A stretch of DNA of 64,000 bases from the human T2T-CHM13v2.0 reference genome, Homo sapiens. The position numbers and the translations under genes were made by a program. Under the pieces are notes generated by a model. It worked only from the letters and a program-made list of their open reading frames with translations, ran no database searches and was not told where the DNA came from. The stretch is taken from assembly GCF_009914755.1 (NCBI RefSeq), contig NC_060926.1; one strand, 5' to 3'. This document shows positions 28,301 through 42,510 of this stretch, one piece after another; the stretch's first letter is position 1, and each line of letters begins with the position of its first letter.

Positions 28301-29799
28301 AAAAGTTTGAAATGGGCCTGGTTTATAATTTGGGTTCTTATAATACTACTTTGAGCACATCTCCCCTTTCTTTTTTTTTTTTCCTGTCTTCCTTAATGCA
28401 CCATGAAACCTCCCTCCTTAGCCTAGCACTCCACGGTGAAATAAGAAAACTAACTAGAAATCAGATGTTAGCCCTGGGGCCAGCATTCCTGGTAAATTAA
28501 ATAATGCAACACCTTTGTTAAAACATTTTTTCTGCTGAGTCTTTTCTTTCTTATGAAAGAATAAAATGATGCCAAAGGCCATAATCTAGGACTTGATGAC
28601 TCTCTTGGTCTAGTGTTCCCTTCCTCACCTCTAGCTAAGCTCAGGATTTGGTCCTGTCTGCTGACCTCCACCTGTCTGTATGTGTGTGTGTCTCACACAC
28701 ACACTCACACAACCATTACCTGTCTCAAATTGCTTGCTTCTTTATCACACCCCATGGGAGTCAGATGACTCCATCATGGCCTCAGTAAGACTCGGCCATT
28801 GCCCTCCTCCTCCCTTTACAGCCAGGCTCCCTGTACCTTCCTTGGTGTCAGTTTATCCACCTTTTGCTGATCCCCTCTATGGGAAGAAGGTGAACTAGGG
28901 AAAATCCCAGGACACCGTTCTATTTCCCCATCACCCGCAACAGTTGGTTCTCCATCTGTCATTAATTCCACAAGGAACTAGGCTAGGCCCTTGAGACACA
29001 AAGACACAAAGAATTAAGTAAGATTCTACAAGGGAAGAGAAAATCCATGAAAATGTGATTTGTGTAAATTACTGTAATGAATTTGTCAAGCAGTATGTTC
29101 AGAGCACTACACGAATGCAAAAGCTTTACTTTACAAAGGAAGAAGAGGGTCCTTCCACTGGGGAAAAAAACAGGAAAGCACAGGAAAGGAGGTTGCATAT
29201 GCAAAAGGGTGGAACCAAAAAGAACATAGCATATTCAAGTTTGTACTGCTAAAGTAAAGGAGACATGGAGATAAATGGTAGAGCTTTATTATGTCAATTA
29301 TTCTAATGGAAGATTTTCAGTCCATACAAGCAACAGAGAATGAGACAATAGCAGCTAGCAGAAGGTTTTCTAGAAAGCCTCAGCATCTTCAGTGAGGAGC
29401 CTTCACTGAAGAGGGGTAAAATATACCAGAGGGTTCAGCACCAGAGACAGAGCAGCAATAAATCTACAAGTCTATGGAGAGCAGCTTGGAAAAGAAATAC
29501 GGCCTTGAAATTAATCTGTCTAGTCAAAGATTAGACCATGAGCAATTACCTCTACCCCTTGGTCTAATTTTACTATAGGGAAACAGAGGGAAATTAATCT
29601 AGCCCAAGAAACCCTATAAGTTATTTTTCCCAAGTTGCACACATTGAAAAATCGTTAAGTATACGCATATTTGAAAAGGCATATACCAACATTCTAGCCA
29701 TCTCTTATAGCATCCCTCAAAATACCATCTCCTCAACATGCCATGAGTATTTCTGGTATGTGGTAGTGCATTACTGGACTTCCCAAATATCACTTTGGT

Positions 29800-30120
29800 G
29801 GTTATTACTTAACAATCATTTATCCGAGAGAAATAAAGATGTGTCTATACAAAAACCTGCATGTAAATTTGGAAGCAGCTTTATTGATAATTGCCCCAAA
29901 CTGGAAACACCTCAACTGCTTAATGAAAAAACAAAATGTGGTAAATCCGTAAAATAAAATATTAGTTAGCAATTAAAAGTAACAAACTATTGACATGTGA
30001 CAATTTGGATAAGCCACAGGGGCATTATGCTAAGTGGGAGTAGAGGGGAAGCCAGACTCAAAGGAATTCTTACTATGTAGCTTTACTTACATGACATTCC
30101 AGGAGAGATAAATTATACTG
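29800..30120 (+). mobile_element. L1MC/MD-type 3' fragment
   Basis: GCAGCTTTATTGATAATTGCCCCAAACTGGAAAC. Confidence 0.65.
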
Positions 30121-30619
30121 CTGCATGATATGAGACTGGTTTTTCTCCCTTCACCTGTTGTGACAGATGCTAAAATAGTACTGCTGTTCTCACTGTCTGG
30201 TTGGTCAGGAGAAGACAGATGACCACCCGATGACCACAGTGGGAAGAAGATGGACAGATGGTGCTCTAGGGAAAGCATATTGAGACCACCTGCCTCAGAA
30301 GAGAGGAACCAGGGCAAGTTGTAGCTTTACCTATTAAGAGATGCAGTGTTTAACCATGATGAAAATGCAAGACTGCTCATATGACAAGTGAGAGCTGAGA
30401 ACAGCATGTGAAATCTGGAAGTGAGGCAGAAGATGTGGGTCTGGGGAATGCACTGCACCAGAGAATTTTCAATTACTATTGAACTTTCACATTCCTCTTA
30501 GGTGGCAACCAAACCATGTGCAGGAATCTCTCTGGCACAATGAGTAAGGGAGAGAACAAAAACCACCCAGGTTTTGCCTAGACATTTGTGTATGTGTCTG
30601 TAAAGTTAGGGCATGGAGA

Positions 30620-31082
30620 GTATGGCAGACAGACTGGCTCTATGACCCCTGCCTCTTGGTATTCATAGCCTTGTACTATTTCCTCTCTTTGAGTATGGAA
30701 AAGATCTGTGACCAATAAAATATGACAGGGGTAATAGGATGTCACTCCTGTGATTATGTTATATAAGAATCCATCTTGCTAGCCAGCTTTCTCTAGGGTT
30801 TTGCTTTCCTCACTGGCTTTGAAGAAGCAAGCTGCTGTAAGTCTTATAGCCACAAGAAAGTGAATTATTCCAACAACCTGAGTTTGAAGTGGCAGAGCCT
30901 CCAGAACCCCAGTTAAGCCTCCAGATGAGAATGCAGCCTTGATGTACACCTTGATAGAAGCCTTGCAGAGGACCTAATTTTTTGGACTCCTGACCCAGAA
31001 AAGCTGTGAGATAATAAATATGTGCTTTTTTACGCTGTTGAATATATGGTAATTTGCTACACAGCATAGAAAATTAATGCAG
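30620..31082 (+). mobile_element. MLT1E-like LTR
   Basis: GGATGTCACTCCTGTGATTATGTTA...CCTCCAGATGAGAATGCAGCC...GTAATTTGCTACACAGCATAGAAAATTAATGCA. Confidence 0.78.
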
Positions 31083-31589
31083 GTGGGTACACTTCATTTG
31101 TGGTTTCTTATATATCCAATACAGTAAAAAATAATTTTTTGAATCCTATATACAGAAATAAAAAGGTCATGCCATGCTGGTTCTTTTAGCCCCACAACAG
31201 CAAAACACTGCATAGCCTCTCTGCTCTGCAGATAAGAGACCAAACTCCTAGACAGATGAGTCTGCAGTATGTGAAACCAGACTAGACCACGATAGACAAG
31301 ACCTGAACACCCTCAGGTCTTGTCCATGGGATCTAGCATTCACAGAAGAAATTGGTGAAACAAATTATAGGTGTTTAGAAAATTAAATCATCAAAGCAAA
31401 GCATGTTTCTACCTTCCAACCTAGAAAGAGATTTTAAACTCTAGTCTCCACCTACTCTTTCTGATGCTGATACAACCCAATCAAGCGAGGCTGCTGCAGG
31501 TGAATTCTCACTGGATCTACTGCAGAGACAGAATGTTTTCACTGTGGGCTACACAGAACCTATATAACCATCTTGTCCCAGAGTTCTAT

Positions 31590-32020
31590 ACTCCTGTCAC
31601 ACCTTTTAGTGTTAGTACTCACCTTGTTTCCTCTTGCCATGAGGCATTGGCACATGTTGATCCCTGATATGCTTTTTTCTCTGATTTTCACATAGTTAAT
31701 TTCTTCCTCAGATCTCAGCTCAGGTGACATTGCCCCAGAGAAATCTGCTCTTACCTCTGGAAGTAGACCTAATGCCCAGTGACAGGTCCTCAGGGTACGA
31801 ATGATCAAACCTACTCAACACTTGTCACAGCTTAACAATCCATTGGCATGTGTGATTACTTGCTTAATGTGAGCTTAGTGACTAGCCTCTTTCTCAGCCA
31901 TGTGAGCAGACACAAGGACAGATTTTGACTTCCCATTGACTTTCCAGTAACTTGTCAGCATTGAGCTGAGAGCTTGGCAGATAGTAAGGTTCAATAAGCA
32001 TTCATTCAATAAAGAAAATA
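31590..32020 (+). mobile_element. L2 3' fragment
   Basis: Ends TGGCAGATAGTAAGGTTCAATAAG. Confidence 0.6.
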
Positions 32021-32404
32021 AAATATATTTGTCTAAAATAATTGAAGAAAATATAAGCCCATGCCTGAAAGTCAGGAGACCTGGGTGTGAACCAGCTTTC
32101 CACTTCTGCTCCTCAGCCTCCCCAGTGCCTTGTGAGTTCTTTAGATCTCCGATTTCCTGATAATATCATCAGCACTATTAGTTACTTGTTACTGACCTTG
32201 TCACCACTGTCCTTTTCTTCACATTGCCTCTTCGAGGAAACAAAGATGGGAAGACCTTTGAAATTCTGTTTCATTTCCTCAGATCTCCACACATTTTCAA
32301 CAAAAGTTTCTCAAAAGGACTCCAGGCTGCATGCAAACCACAGAACCCGTTGGGGCCTAAAGTTAAAAGGTCATGTTGTGTAGAATGGTCCTCTTAGTCA
32401 TCTG

Positions 32405-32520
32405 GGAACAATAACTAAAACATATAAATTACAGAACCGTGATGGCTGGCTGCCGTATCCATGGAAACAGATGTTGGCTTGGCCAAAGTGCTTTATAATG
32501 ATTATGATTAATCATCCTTG
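32405..32520. promoter_or_regulatory. Candidate enhancer motif cluster (SOX, RFX X-box, E-box, NFI half-sites)
   Basis: AACAAT 32407; GTATCCATGGAAAC 32455-32468; CAGATG 32468-32473; TTGGCTTGGCCAA 32474-32486; no repeat recognised here. Confidence 0.35.
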
Positions 32521-34254
32521 AAATCACTGTTATTTATTGGCGTATAACTGATGGAACCATGTTGGAAGGGCTATATTGCACAGTTTTACAAATTTTCAGT
32601 TGTTAGAGCTAGTACCCTGACTATAAAATAGGAAAAATGTTCTTTAAAATGTACTCATTAAATATCAAAGAGAATGGGAAAATACAAAAGCCATAGCTTG
32701 GAATAAAAGTCAATAAAAACATTGTGCCAACACGAGTCACTATGTTCAAAATAAATTTTCTTCCATGCTCCATATAAACTTGGTGCTAAAAGAATGTTTA
32801 AATAAGTGGGAGCCCTGTTTTGTGAGTGCTTTCTAAATCTTGTTCACAATTCTGCTTTATCTGTGTTTAAGTCAGAACCATAAGCCTAGCAAAAGGTTAT
32901 GAGTTCATTTATTGTTGGCCCTTCCTTTAGTCAGTCTTCTTTGTCACTAGTATTTTGCCATTTTTGTGAAGTTGTAGATATTGTGAATTTGGATCCTTTT
33001 GCACCACACTACTTAAGTGTGATTTATTTTAATTCATTCATATTGCACATGTTTAAAATTATTAAAGTTTGACAAGAATTTGGAAAGAGTCTTCATTCAA
33101 ACTTTTTTTGCATGGAGCTAGGGGGCACTTTGTAGAGACAGGAAGCATCTTGTTCTTCTAGAGCTTTCTCAGCTTCTTCATCTTCTGTCCTGATTCCCCA
33201 TTCCCACCCTGACCAATAAGCCCAACAGGCACCTAACAAAGCATGCACAACCTTGACTTTTCCTCACATATGCCAGGACGTACACCTGAAACAGGAAAAG
33301 ACAAAAGGGTGTGCCAAGAAACCCCGGGGCCACTATGAGCTTGGGTGCATTCCTGATGCATGTTTTCCCGGAACACGTCCATACTCCTCAAATCCATGTG
33401 GCATTGTTTTCAGTGACAGTAGAAGACTGTGAGGAAGGGCCAGAGCCTCGGGTGCTGTTAGCACAAGTCTTTCCTAAACACATCCAAAAAGCTACTGCCA
33501 TATCATTCTTGATCTAGTGCCACAAATAAACATCAATGCTTGGGCCCTGGGCAATGCTCTTTGAACAGCTCTGGGATTGTTCTGAACAATGCTCTGATTG
33601 TCTGTGGGGTGGGGTAGCTAGAGAGAGTGGGAGTGGGTGCTTAGAGTCTGCTATAGCAGCCATGCTAGAATAAGTTCCAAGCGTCATGAGTAATAGCCAC
33701 TGCTAACATGCAGAGAGGCTCTGAGATGTGTGTATGGCCACTGTCCCTGCAAACCTTCTGTCCTGCTATATACTTAATAGACCTAGAAAGTGACTCATAA
33801 TGTTTGTGCAGCTGGGATTGATAAAGAAACCTGGGTAAATTGGAAACTCATAAACAAAATAAAAACATTTTAAAGGAGGCAAGATTTCTGACTATTCATC
33901 AGTAATTTTGACGAAAAATTTGTATATTCACCAGCAATTTGACTAAAATGTCCTTTTATAATACATCATAGAAAGACAAAAATGGAGATTGTGGGCTAAG
34001 TATTTATACATGCAGGCAAGGAGGAGGGCGTCCCCAAGGAGGCACGCAGGGCTTCTGTGTCTTCAATCCAGAGAATGCAGAGATACCTCAGAAGGTAATT
34101 TGACCAAACTCTCTGACCATTCCAGAACTGAGAATTACCATTCTCTGTTTTTAATTGCCTCAGAAAGAAGACTCTATGATCTCATTTCAAAGTATAGTCA
34201 AGAGATGCATTATAAAATATAACGAAGAGCAGTACTAGTTGACATAAATCTATC

Positions 34255-34478
34255 CCCATGGTTCTAACTGGGGATGATTTTGCTATCTGGGAAACATACA
34301 GCAATGTCGAAAAACACTTTTTATTGTTACAACTGGTGAGGAAGGCAGGTGTTCCTGATGTCTAGTGGTAGAAATCATGGATGCTGCTAAACCTCCTATA
34401 ATACACAGCACAGACTCACACAGTAAAAATATATCCAGCCCAAAAGGTCAAAACTGCCAAGATTGAAAAACACTGATA
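34255..34478. mobile_element. MER20
   Basis: GGTTCTAACTGGGGATGATTTTG...GATGCTGCTAAAC...CCAAGATTGAAAAACACTG. Confidence 0.85.
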
Positions 34479-35879
34479 CAGACAAATAACTGATGTGGCT
34501 AAATTATTCCTCTCTGAAACAGCTGAGTAAGGGCAAAAGATTCATAGTTTCAATACTTGGATTAATCATTAAAGGCATCTGCATAGACAATGCCTCGGTC
34601 CCAGAATACTACATTAATTTCATTGAAGGATATTACTGAGAATTACTCAAGTAAAATGAACAGACATTTTTTAGTGCCTACCAACATGCAGGCAGACTCT
34701 GTCTTCATAAGGGCCACTATTTGAGAGGTAGGGAATGATGTGCACGTGAAACTCTGTCTAGGTATTTTAGATGAGGACGCAATCCACTAGTTTGAGTAAT
34801 TGTAATGTGGGAAGTTGACTTTAACTCTTAAGCTAGTTATGCATCACTTTCTAATAACGTAACTTGGTCATAGGTTGGAATTCTCGATTTAATTAATACC
34901 ATTCACTATTCTAAATACTTTGCATTCATTATTTTATCGTATTCTCCAAACAACTCTATGAAGTAGGAACTGTTATTCTCATCTTATAGATGAGCCAGAA
35001 TTCTAGCAGGGACTATCTCCAGAATGAGTGTGCATAACCATCATGCCACACAGGTTTTGTAGAAATGAGGGGACAAATGATTTTGGTCAAAGGACATCAC
35101 CTTTCCATCACTGGCCCCTCACCTCCAAGGGAAGGAGCTGATGGTCTTTCATGTCCTCTTAGCACCAGTATTTATTATTCTAGCACCGAAAGGAAGACAA
35201 TTTTTCAACAAAATAGTCATCTTGGCATTTACTTTCACGCTGTGGAGGTAAATTTTCAAATTATCTGTAAAACCGGTAATCTGCGATATTGACTCTGAAA
35301 GCCATTTTATCTTAACTTACATTCTTCGAATCGGATATCAGCCCTTGTCATTGCCTCCTCAAGGTCAATTCAATTTCATCTTGATTATAAAAATATAGTC
35401 TACACCTCATATTCATTTAATTAGTTCATTCATTCAACAAATATATACTGATTTTCTACCACATGCTGATCAATAGGCTGAATACTTAGGATATACTGGT
35501 GATCAACTACACATAAACCCCTAACTTCATGGAACTAATCAATGAAAATAGAGCCTTGAAAATAAAATATTTCCAGGTAAATAAGGTAGGCATAATGTTT
35601 ATCTTTGAATTATTTGAATTTTTGCCATCCTTATTCCCCTAAATACCCAATTTATACCTATTCTTATAACGTATAGAGTTTTTCCACATTTGTTTTTCAA
35701 ATAGACATAGGCATAACCCCTGGAAGGCATGAATAAAATTGAAAGAATGCTGTCATTTAACTTTTTCTGAAACATTTAAATAACATAAAGATGTATTAAG
35801 CAAAAAGATACTAATATGATTTTCTTACTGCAATGATTTTTTTCCAGAGATCCTCTAGGTTTCACACAAATGTAAATCA

Positions 35880-36179
<300 letters not shown>

Positions 36180-38680
36180 AAAAGTAAATCAATGAAAATA
36201 TTTTCACAAATTTATACCTAAAATAAAATGTATCAGGCTGAGACATTAAAATCAATTTTATTTTTATACAATGCTCCTTTTTCCATGTTCTATTTTAAAG
36301 AACTCAGTTGAGCTGCTTTGTTATATCACCTTAACTATGATAAGGAAGATTTTTTTCTATCAGATCCCTTGTCAAAACCATTTACTCTTCCTTTATATGT
36401 TTTTCATGTTGCTCCCTGCACCTGGAAGCCCCTATTTTTTCCTCCACCAATAGCAGCAGCATTCATTTCAAAGCCCTATTTGAGATTATTTCATTTATGT
36501 ATATGTGTTTATTTTTATACTTTGATCTAGCCCAAAAACATTTGAAGTAGACAATAATAAGACATGTAGAAGATGACCCAATAGCATCAGTTAAAAGTGG
36601 GGCAAGAGAAGAAAGTAAAACAAGAGTAGAGATGAAACAGAGCCAGGAATGAATCTAAAACTGCATATTACAATAGCCCACATATGTCCAATGGGTGGGC
36701 CATAAATCCAGCCCTAAATTTTCTGGCAGCCAGAAAAAAGAAATCTTATCAGTTTTACAATTCATAGCAACCATGATACACTAACAATCCAAATTTCCCA
36801 AGGAAGTCTAATTATTCTTGGTACTCAGACCAGACAAAAACTCTCCCTGAGATCGTCATAAGTGGGTGACGTAATGAACAATCACCACAGCTTCCTCACT
36901 GTTCATACAAGATCCACAGGGCTGATTATTAAGATGATTCTTGTGGTAGACTGGCAGCACATGCTCAAACACTGTACAGGGAAAGGATGTTTTTCTGGAA
37001 AGAAGGAAAGACAGAAATGACTAATATAACCAAAGAAATGTTCCAGCTTCCAATGATCAGCTTTGACCTAGCTATATAATTTAGAATGTATGGAGGCAGA
37101 TAAAACTTAGCAATCTTCTCTTAATATTCTTCCTCTTAGCTTTTGATCAATACTCTTTTGGTGACAAACTTGTTATTAAATGTGGCAAATGCATTGAAAA
37201 TGGCTGTTCCCTGTGCCATTGAGTCCATCCTCCAGTATCTGAACACACCAAGAGCTGGGCTAGGGTTTTATCCTCTTGCAGAAGCTGGGGAGTTCATAAA
37301 GGCACATATCCAATGGACAGCTGGGCCACTCACCGTGAGGTGAGCAGAGAGACTACTTAGGATTATTTTTAGAAAGTTATTTTGAACCCACTGCAGACCC
37401 AGATAAACAGTAGTTGAGGCCCCAAAGTTCTATTCCATTTAGTATCCCCAAATAATATGCCCATTTAGTATGCCCAAGTATTAGCCCGAATAAGCCAAAG
37501 GTAATTAGACACTGCTTTGGCCAAAATAAAAATCAACATAGCACTGAAAATATCATTATCTTTGAGCAGAATATTTCCTATTGTGTGTCTCAAGATAAGC
37601 CATTATGAAATGCACATCAAGGAAATAGCAATAAGTTGTATGGGATTGTTAGTTATTTATAAGCCAGCTAAAAGATGAGAATATCTAGCAAAGACAATCA
37701 CTTGTTTGGAAAAAGAAAAAAAGAAGAAAAGGCTAAAAGGCTTATCAGTGGCCTTTCTTTTGGACAATAATTGGCCAGCAGGGTCAGAGGCCTATTGAGG
37801 TCACTCCTTGTTTAAAATAATAGAACCATAATATTCACGGAAAAAAGAATGTGCTACTTTTCTCAATACCAGGAGAGGGAGGGGTTGAAGTTAGCTCAAC
37901 CAGATCATTAAGAACCAAGTCTGAAAGAGGGAAACCTACACACAATCCTTTGTAACCCCAAAGACAATGGTCTGCTGTGTTAAAAGACTATTTCTATTGG
38001 CTCTGCTCCCAGAAGAATCATAATAAGGTCAGTTTTACAAAAACAACTAAACCTGGGGCTCTGTCTAGATTACGCATATACTCTTCAAGCAGCCAAATCT
38101 TGTACACAAGGATCAAGACCATGGAACTGTCAATAAATTCAGTAACAATGTGATATTTCCAGTGTGTTTCTCTAGAAGGGAATAAAGAGGATAGCAGCGG
38201 GCTATAAAAGAGTAAGCTTTGCTTTGTGCTTTCTGCTCCTCATACAAAACATTGGCCTATGAAAACTAAACTTGTAATTTGACAATCAAATACCTGGCAT
38301 ACAATTTAGGGCCATTGTCCAATAATGGAAGGCTATAACTTGGAATAGGTATTGTCCTTTTAGAATATAGAATAAATTAAACTATTCATTTAATCAGTTT
38401 AAATGATTAAAATGGGGCTGTCCCTGTAGCATAAATAATGGTAGGAAAGTTGGTGAAAGTGGTCCTTGATTTGGAGGAAAAAAATCTTCCCTAGCATCTA
38501 ACAACCTTGCCTAACGCAATGACTTAGCTCAGATTCTGACATAAATTATGTTTTTCGATAAGTATTTTGAGGTAGTGAGAAACTTGAAAAACGTTTTCAA
38601 TTGTATAAGTTTCCAAGTGGTCATGTGAGATTTTTGTTTCATGTGATACCTCATTAACCTCACCGCAGAGGGTTTAAGTT

Positions 38681-40584
38681 CTCCCTCTCCCTCTCCCTCT
38701 CCCTCTCCCCACGGTCTCCCTCTCCCCACGGTCTCCCTCTCCCTTTCTTTCCACGGTCTCCCTCTGATGCCGAGCCGAAGCTGGACTGTACTGCTGCCAT
38801 CTTGGCTCACTGCAACCTCCCTGCCTGATTCTCCTGCCTCAGCCTGCCGAGTGCCTGCGATTGCAGGCACACGCCGCCACGCCTGACTGGTTTTCGTATT
38901 TTTTTTGGTGGAGACGGGGTTTCGCTGTATTGGCGGGGCTGGTCTCCAGCTCCTAACCGCGAGTGATCCGCCAGCCTCGGCCTCCCAAGGTGCTGGGATT
39001 GCAGACGGAGTCCGGTTCACTCAGTGCTCAATGGTGCCCAGGCTGGGAGTGCAGTGGCGTGATCTCGGCTTGCTACAACCTCCACCTCCCAGCCGCCTGC
39101 CTTGGCCTCCCAAAGTGCCGAGATTGCAGCCTCTGCCCAGCCGCCACCCCGTCTGGGAAGTGAGGAGCGTCTCTGCCTGGCTGCCCATCGTCTGGGACGT
39201 GAGGAGCCCCTCTGCCTGGCTGCCCAGTCTGGAAAGCGAGGAGCGTTTCTGCCCAGCCGCCATCCCATCTAGGAAGTGAGGAGCGCCTCGTCCGGGCCGC
39301 CATCCCATCTAGGAAGTGAGGAGCGTCTCTGCCCTGCCGCCCATCGTCTGAGATGTGGGGAGCGCCTCTGCCCCGCCGCCCCGTCTGGGATGTGAGGAGC
39401 GCCTCTGCCCGGCGGCGACCCCGTCTGGGAGGTGAGGAGTGTCTCTGCCCGGCCGCCCCGTCTGAGAAGTGAGGAGACCCTCCGCTTGGCAACTGCCCCA
39501 TCTGAGAAGTAAGGAGCCCCTCCGCCCGGCAGCCGCCCCGTCTGAGAAGTGAGGAGCCCCTCCGCCCGGCAGCCGCCCCGTCTGGGAAGTGAGGAGCCCC
39601 TCCGCCCGGCAGCCACCCCATCTGGGAAGTGAGGAGCGTCTCCGCCTGGCAGCCACCCTGTCTGGGAGGGAGGTGGGGGTCAGCCCCCGCCAGGCCAGCC
39701 ACCCCGTCCGGGAGGTGAGGGGCGCCTCTGCCCGGCCGCCCCTACTGGGAAGTGAGGAGCCCCTCTGCCCGGCCAGCTGCCCCGTCTGGGAGGGAGGTGG
39801 GGGGGTCAGTCCCCCGCCCGGCCAGCCGCCCCGTCCGGGAGGAAGGTGGGGGGTCAGCCCCCCGCCCGGCCAGCTGCCCCGTCGGGGATGGAGGTCGGGG
39901 AGGTCAGCCCGCCGCCCGGCCAGCCACCCCATCCGGGAGGGAGGTGGGGGAGTCAGCTCCCCGCCCGGCCAGCCGCCCCGTCTGGAAGGTGAGGGACGCC
40001 TCTGCCCGGCCACCCCTACTGGGAAGTGAGGAGCCCCTCTGCCCGGCCACCACCCCGTCTGGGAGGTGTACCCAACAGCTCACTGAGAACGGGCCATGAT
40101 GACAATGGCGGTTTTGTGGAATAGAAAGGGGGGAAAGGTGGGGAAAAGATTGAGAAATCGGATGGTTGCCGTGTCTGTGTAGAAAGAAGTAGACATGGGA
40201 GACTTTTCATTTTGTTCTGTACTAAGAAAAATTCTTCTGCCTTGGGATCCTGTTGATCTGTGACCTTACCCCCAACCCTATGCTCTCTGAAACATGTGCT
40301 GTGTCCACTCAGGGTTGAATGGATTAAGGGCGGTGCAAGATGTGCTTTGTTAAACAGTTGCTTGAGGGCAGCATGCTCGTTAAGAGTCATCGCCACTCCC
40401 TAATCTCAAGTACCCAGGGACACAAACACTGCGGAAGGCTGCAGGGTCCTCAGCCTAGGAAAACCAGAGACCTGTGTTCACTTGTTTATCTGCTGACCTT
40501 CCCTCCACTATTGTCCTATGACCCTGCCAAATCCCCCTCTGCGAGAAACACCCAAGAATGATCAATAAAAGAAAAAAAAAAAAA
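38681..40584 (+). mobile_element. Full-length SVA retrotransposon (SVA_D-like)
   Basis: (CCCTCT)n hexamer, antisense Alu-like domain (about 38711-39125), GC-rich VNTR (about 39126-40066), SINE-R, AATAAA at 40564, polyA; flanking AAGTT at 38676-38680 and 40585-40589. Confidence 0.97.
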
Positions 40585-40692
40585 AAGTTGTTCCACTTTC
40601 TGCTGATATTGGAAATGAGGTACCCTCTTGAGAGTTTAAATAGTCCTCAGCTAATAAGAGGCCACTTCACTCACTCAAAAACCACTCTCAAC

Positions 40693-40830
40693 CTGTATTA
40701 GCTCCCTAGGGCTGCCGTAACAAAGTAACTTGATTATTTCCATAAAGGCCCTGTTTAAAAATAAGGTCATATTCTGAGATACTGGGGTTAAGACTTCATC
40801 ATATTTTTTTGAAAATGAAACCCACAACAC
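40693..40830 (-). mobile_element. Internally deleted MLT1 LTR
   Basis: TGTATTAG...GGGCTGCCGTAACAAAGTA joined to AATAAGGTCATATTCTGAGATACTGGGGTTAAGACTTCA. Confidence 0.7.
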
Positions 40831-41054
40831 AATGCCAAATGACCTATTCTGCAAGATCAAAAAAGATTCTTCAGAACGGACTGCTTTAAGCAGTGATGAG
40901 ACCTTGCCCATCCAACAACAAGTGATCCTGAAACTAAAGAACAAAGAACAATGACCCCTCTGCTCCCCACCACAAGAAAGGGATAGCTCTGTCACTCCTT
41001 TAGGAGCTGATATGAACGCGATATGTGCCCTTCTTTTCTTTTCCATAGAAGAGA

Positions 41055-41242
41055 GGTGATACGGGGTTGTGACTGAGGCAGAAAAACTGGAGCCACGAGG
41101 CCTGGGTTCAAATTCCAGCACCACTACCTATTAGCAGTGGAATTTTCAGTAAGTCTTTTATCATCTCTGATCTGCACCTAATTAGTCTTCAAAATGGAAA
41201 TAATAGAACTTACCTCCTAGGGATCTTGTGAGATGTAAATGA
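41055..41242 (+). mobile_element. MIR, 5' part (interrupted by the minisatellite)
   Basis: CCTGGGTTCAAATTCCAGC...AAAATGGAAATAATAGAACTTACCTCCTAGGG...GTGAGATGTAAATGA. Confidence 0.8.
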
Positions 41243-41290
41243 CTCTCTCCATAGATAAACAGATAGATAGATAGATATCTATATAGAGAG

Positions 41291-41321
<31 letters not shown>

Positions 41322-41449
41322 CAGATACATCTAGATATATAGGTAGGTATATATCTATATAGATCTATATATAGATACAGATCTATATATAGATGTATAT
41401 ATAGATCTATATCTATATATAGATCTATATCTATATATAGATCTATACC

Positions 41450-42400
41450 TAGATATAGATATATATATAGGTGGGTATATATATCTATATATAGATATAT
41501 ATATAGGTGGGTATACATATCTATATATAGATATATATATAGGTGGGTATACATATCTATATATAGATATATATATAGGTGGGTATACATATCTATATAT
41601 AGATATATATATAGGTGGGTATACATATCTATATATAGATATATATATAGGTGGGTATACATATCTATATATAGATATATATATAGGTGGGTATACATAT
41701 CTATATATAGATATATATATAGGTGGGTATACATATCTATATATAGATATATATATAGGTGGGTATACATATCTATATATAGACATATATAGGTGGGTAT
41801 ACATATCTATATATAGACATATATAGGTGGGTATACATATCTATATATAGACATATATAGGTGGGTATACATATCTATATATAGACATATATAGGTGGTT
41901 ATACATATCTATATATAGACATATATTGGTGGGTATACATATCTATATATAGACATATATAGGTGGGTATACATATCTATATATAGACATATATAGGTGG
42001 GTATACATATCTATATATAGACATATATAGGTGGGTATATATATCTATATATAGACATATATAGGTGGGTATATATATCTATATATAGACATATATAGGT
42101 GGGTATATATATCTATATATAGACATATATAGGTGGGTATATATATCTATATATAGACATATATAGGTGGGTATATATATCTATATATAGACATATATAG
42201 GTGGGTATATATATCTATATATAGATATATATAGGTGGGTATATATATCTATATATAGATATATATAGGTGGGTATATATATCTATATATAGATATATAT
42301 AGGTGGGTATATATATCTATATATAGATATATATAGGTGGGTATATATATCTATATATAGATAGATATAGGTGGGTATATATATCTATATATAGATATAT
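41450..42400. repeat. AT-rich minisatellite A: 36-bp then 34-bp units, about 27 copies
   Basis: GGTGGG core recurs every 36 bp (41470-41758) and then every 34 bp (to 42370); unit ATATCTATATATAGA(T/C)ATATAT(AT)AGGTGGGTATA(C/T). Confidence 0.97.
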
Positions 42401-42510
42401 ATACCTATATATAGATATATAGATATATACCTATATATAGATATAAATAGGTAGGTATATATATATCTATATATAGATACATAGGTATAGATATCTTAGA
42501 TATATCTATC

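Noticed and set aside
37770-37790. CTCF-like GGCCAGCAGGGTCAG (and GCCGCCTGTGGC near 3722)
   Set aside because: Missing the GGC core positions or has the wrong spacing.
38446-38680. Possible 5' transduction of the SVA using AAAGTTG at 38446 as the TSD
   Set aside because: A 7-bp match is expected by chance; the adjacent AAGTT at a TTT^AA site is the simpler explanation.
38529-40561. Overlapping 70-234 aa ORFs on both strands
   Set aside because: They lie in the SVA Alu-like, VNTR and SINE-R domains; GC-rich repeats lack stop codons and SVAs are non-coding.
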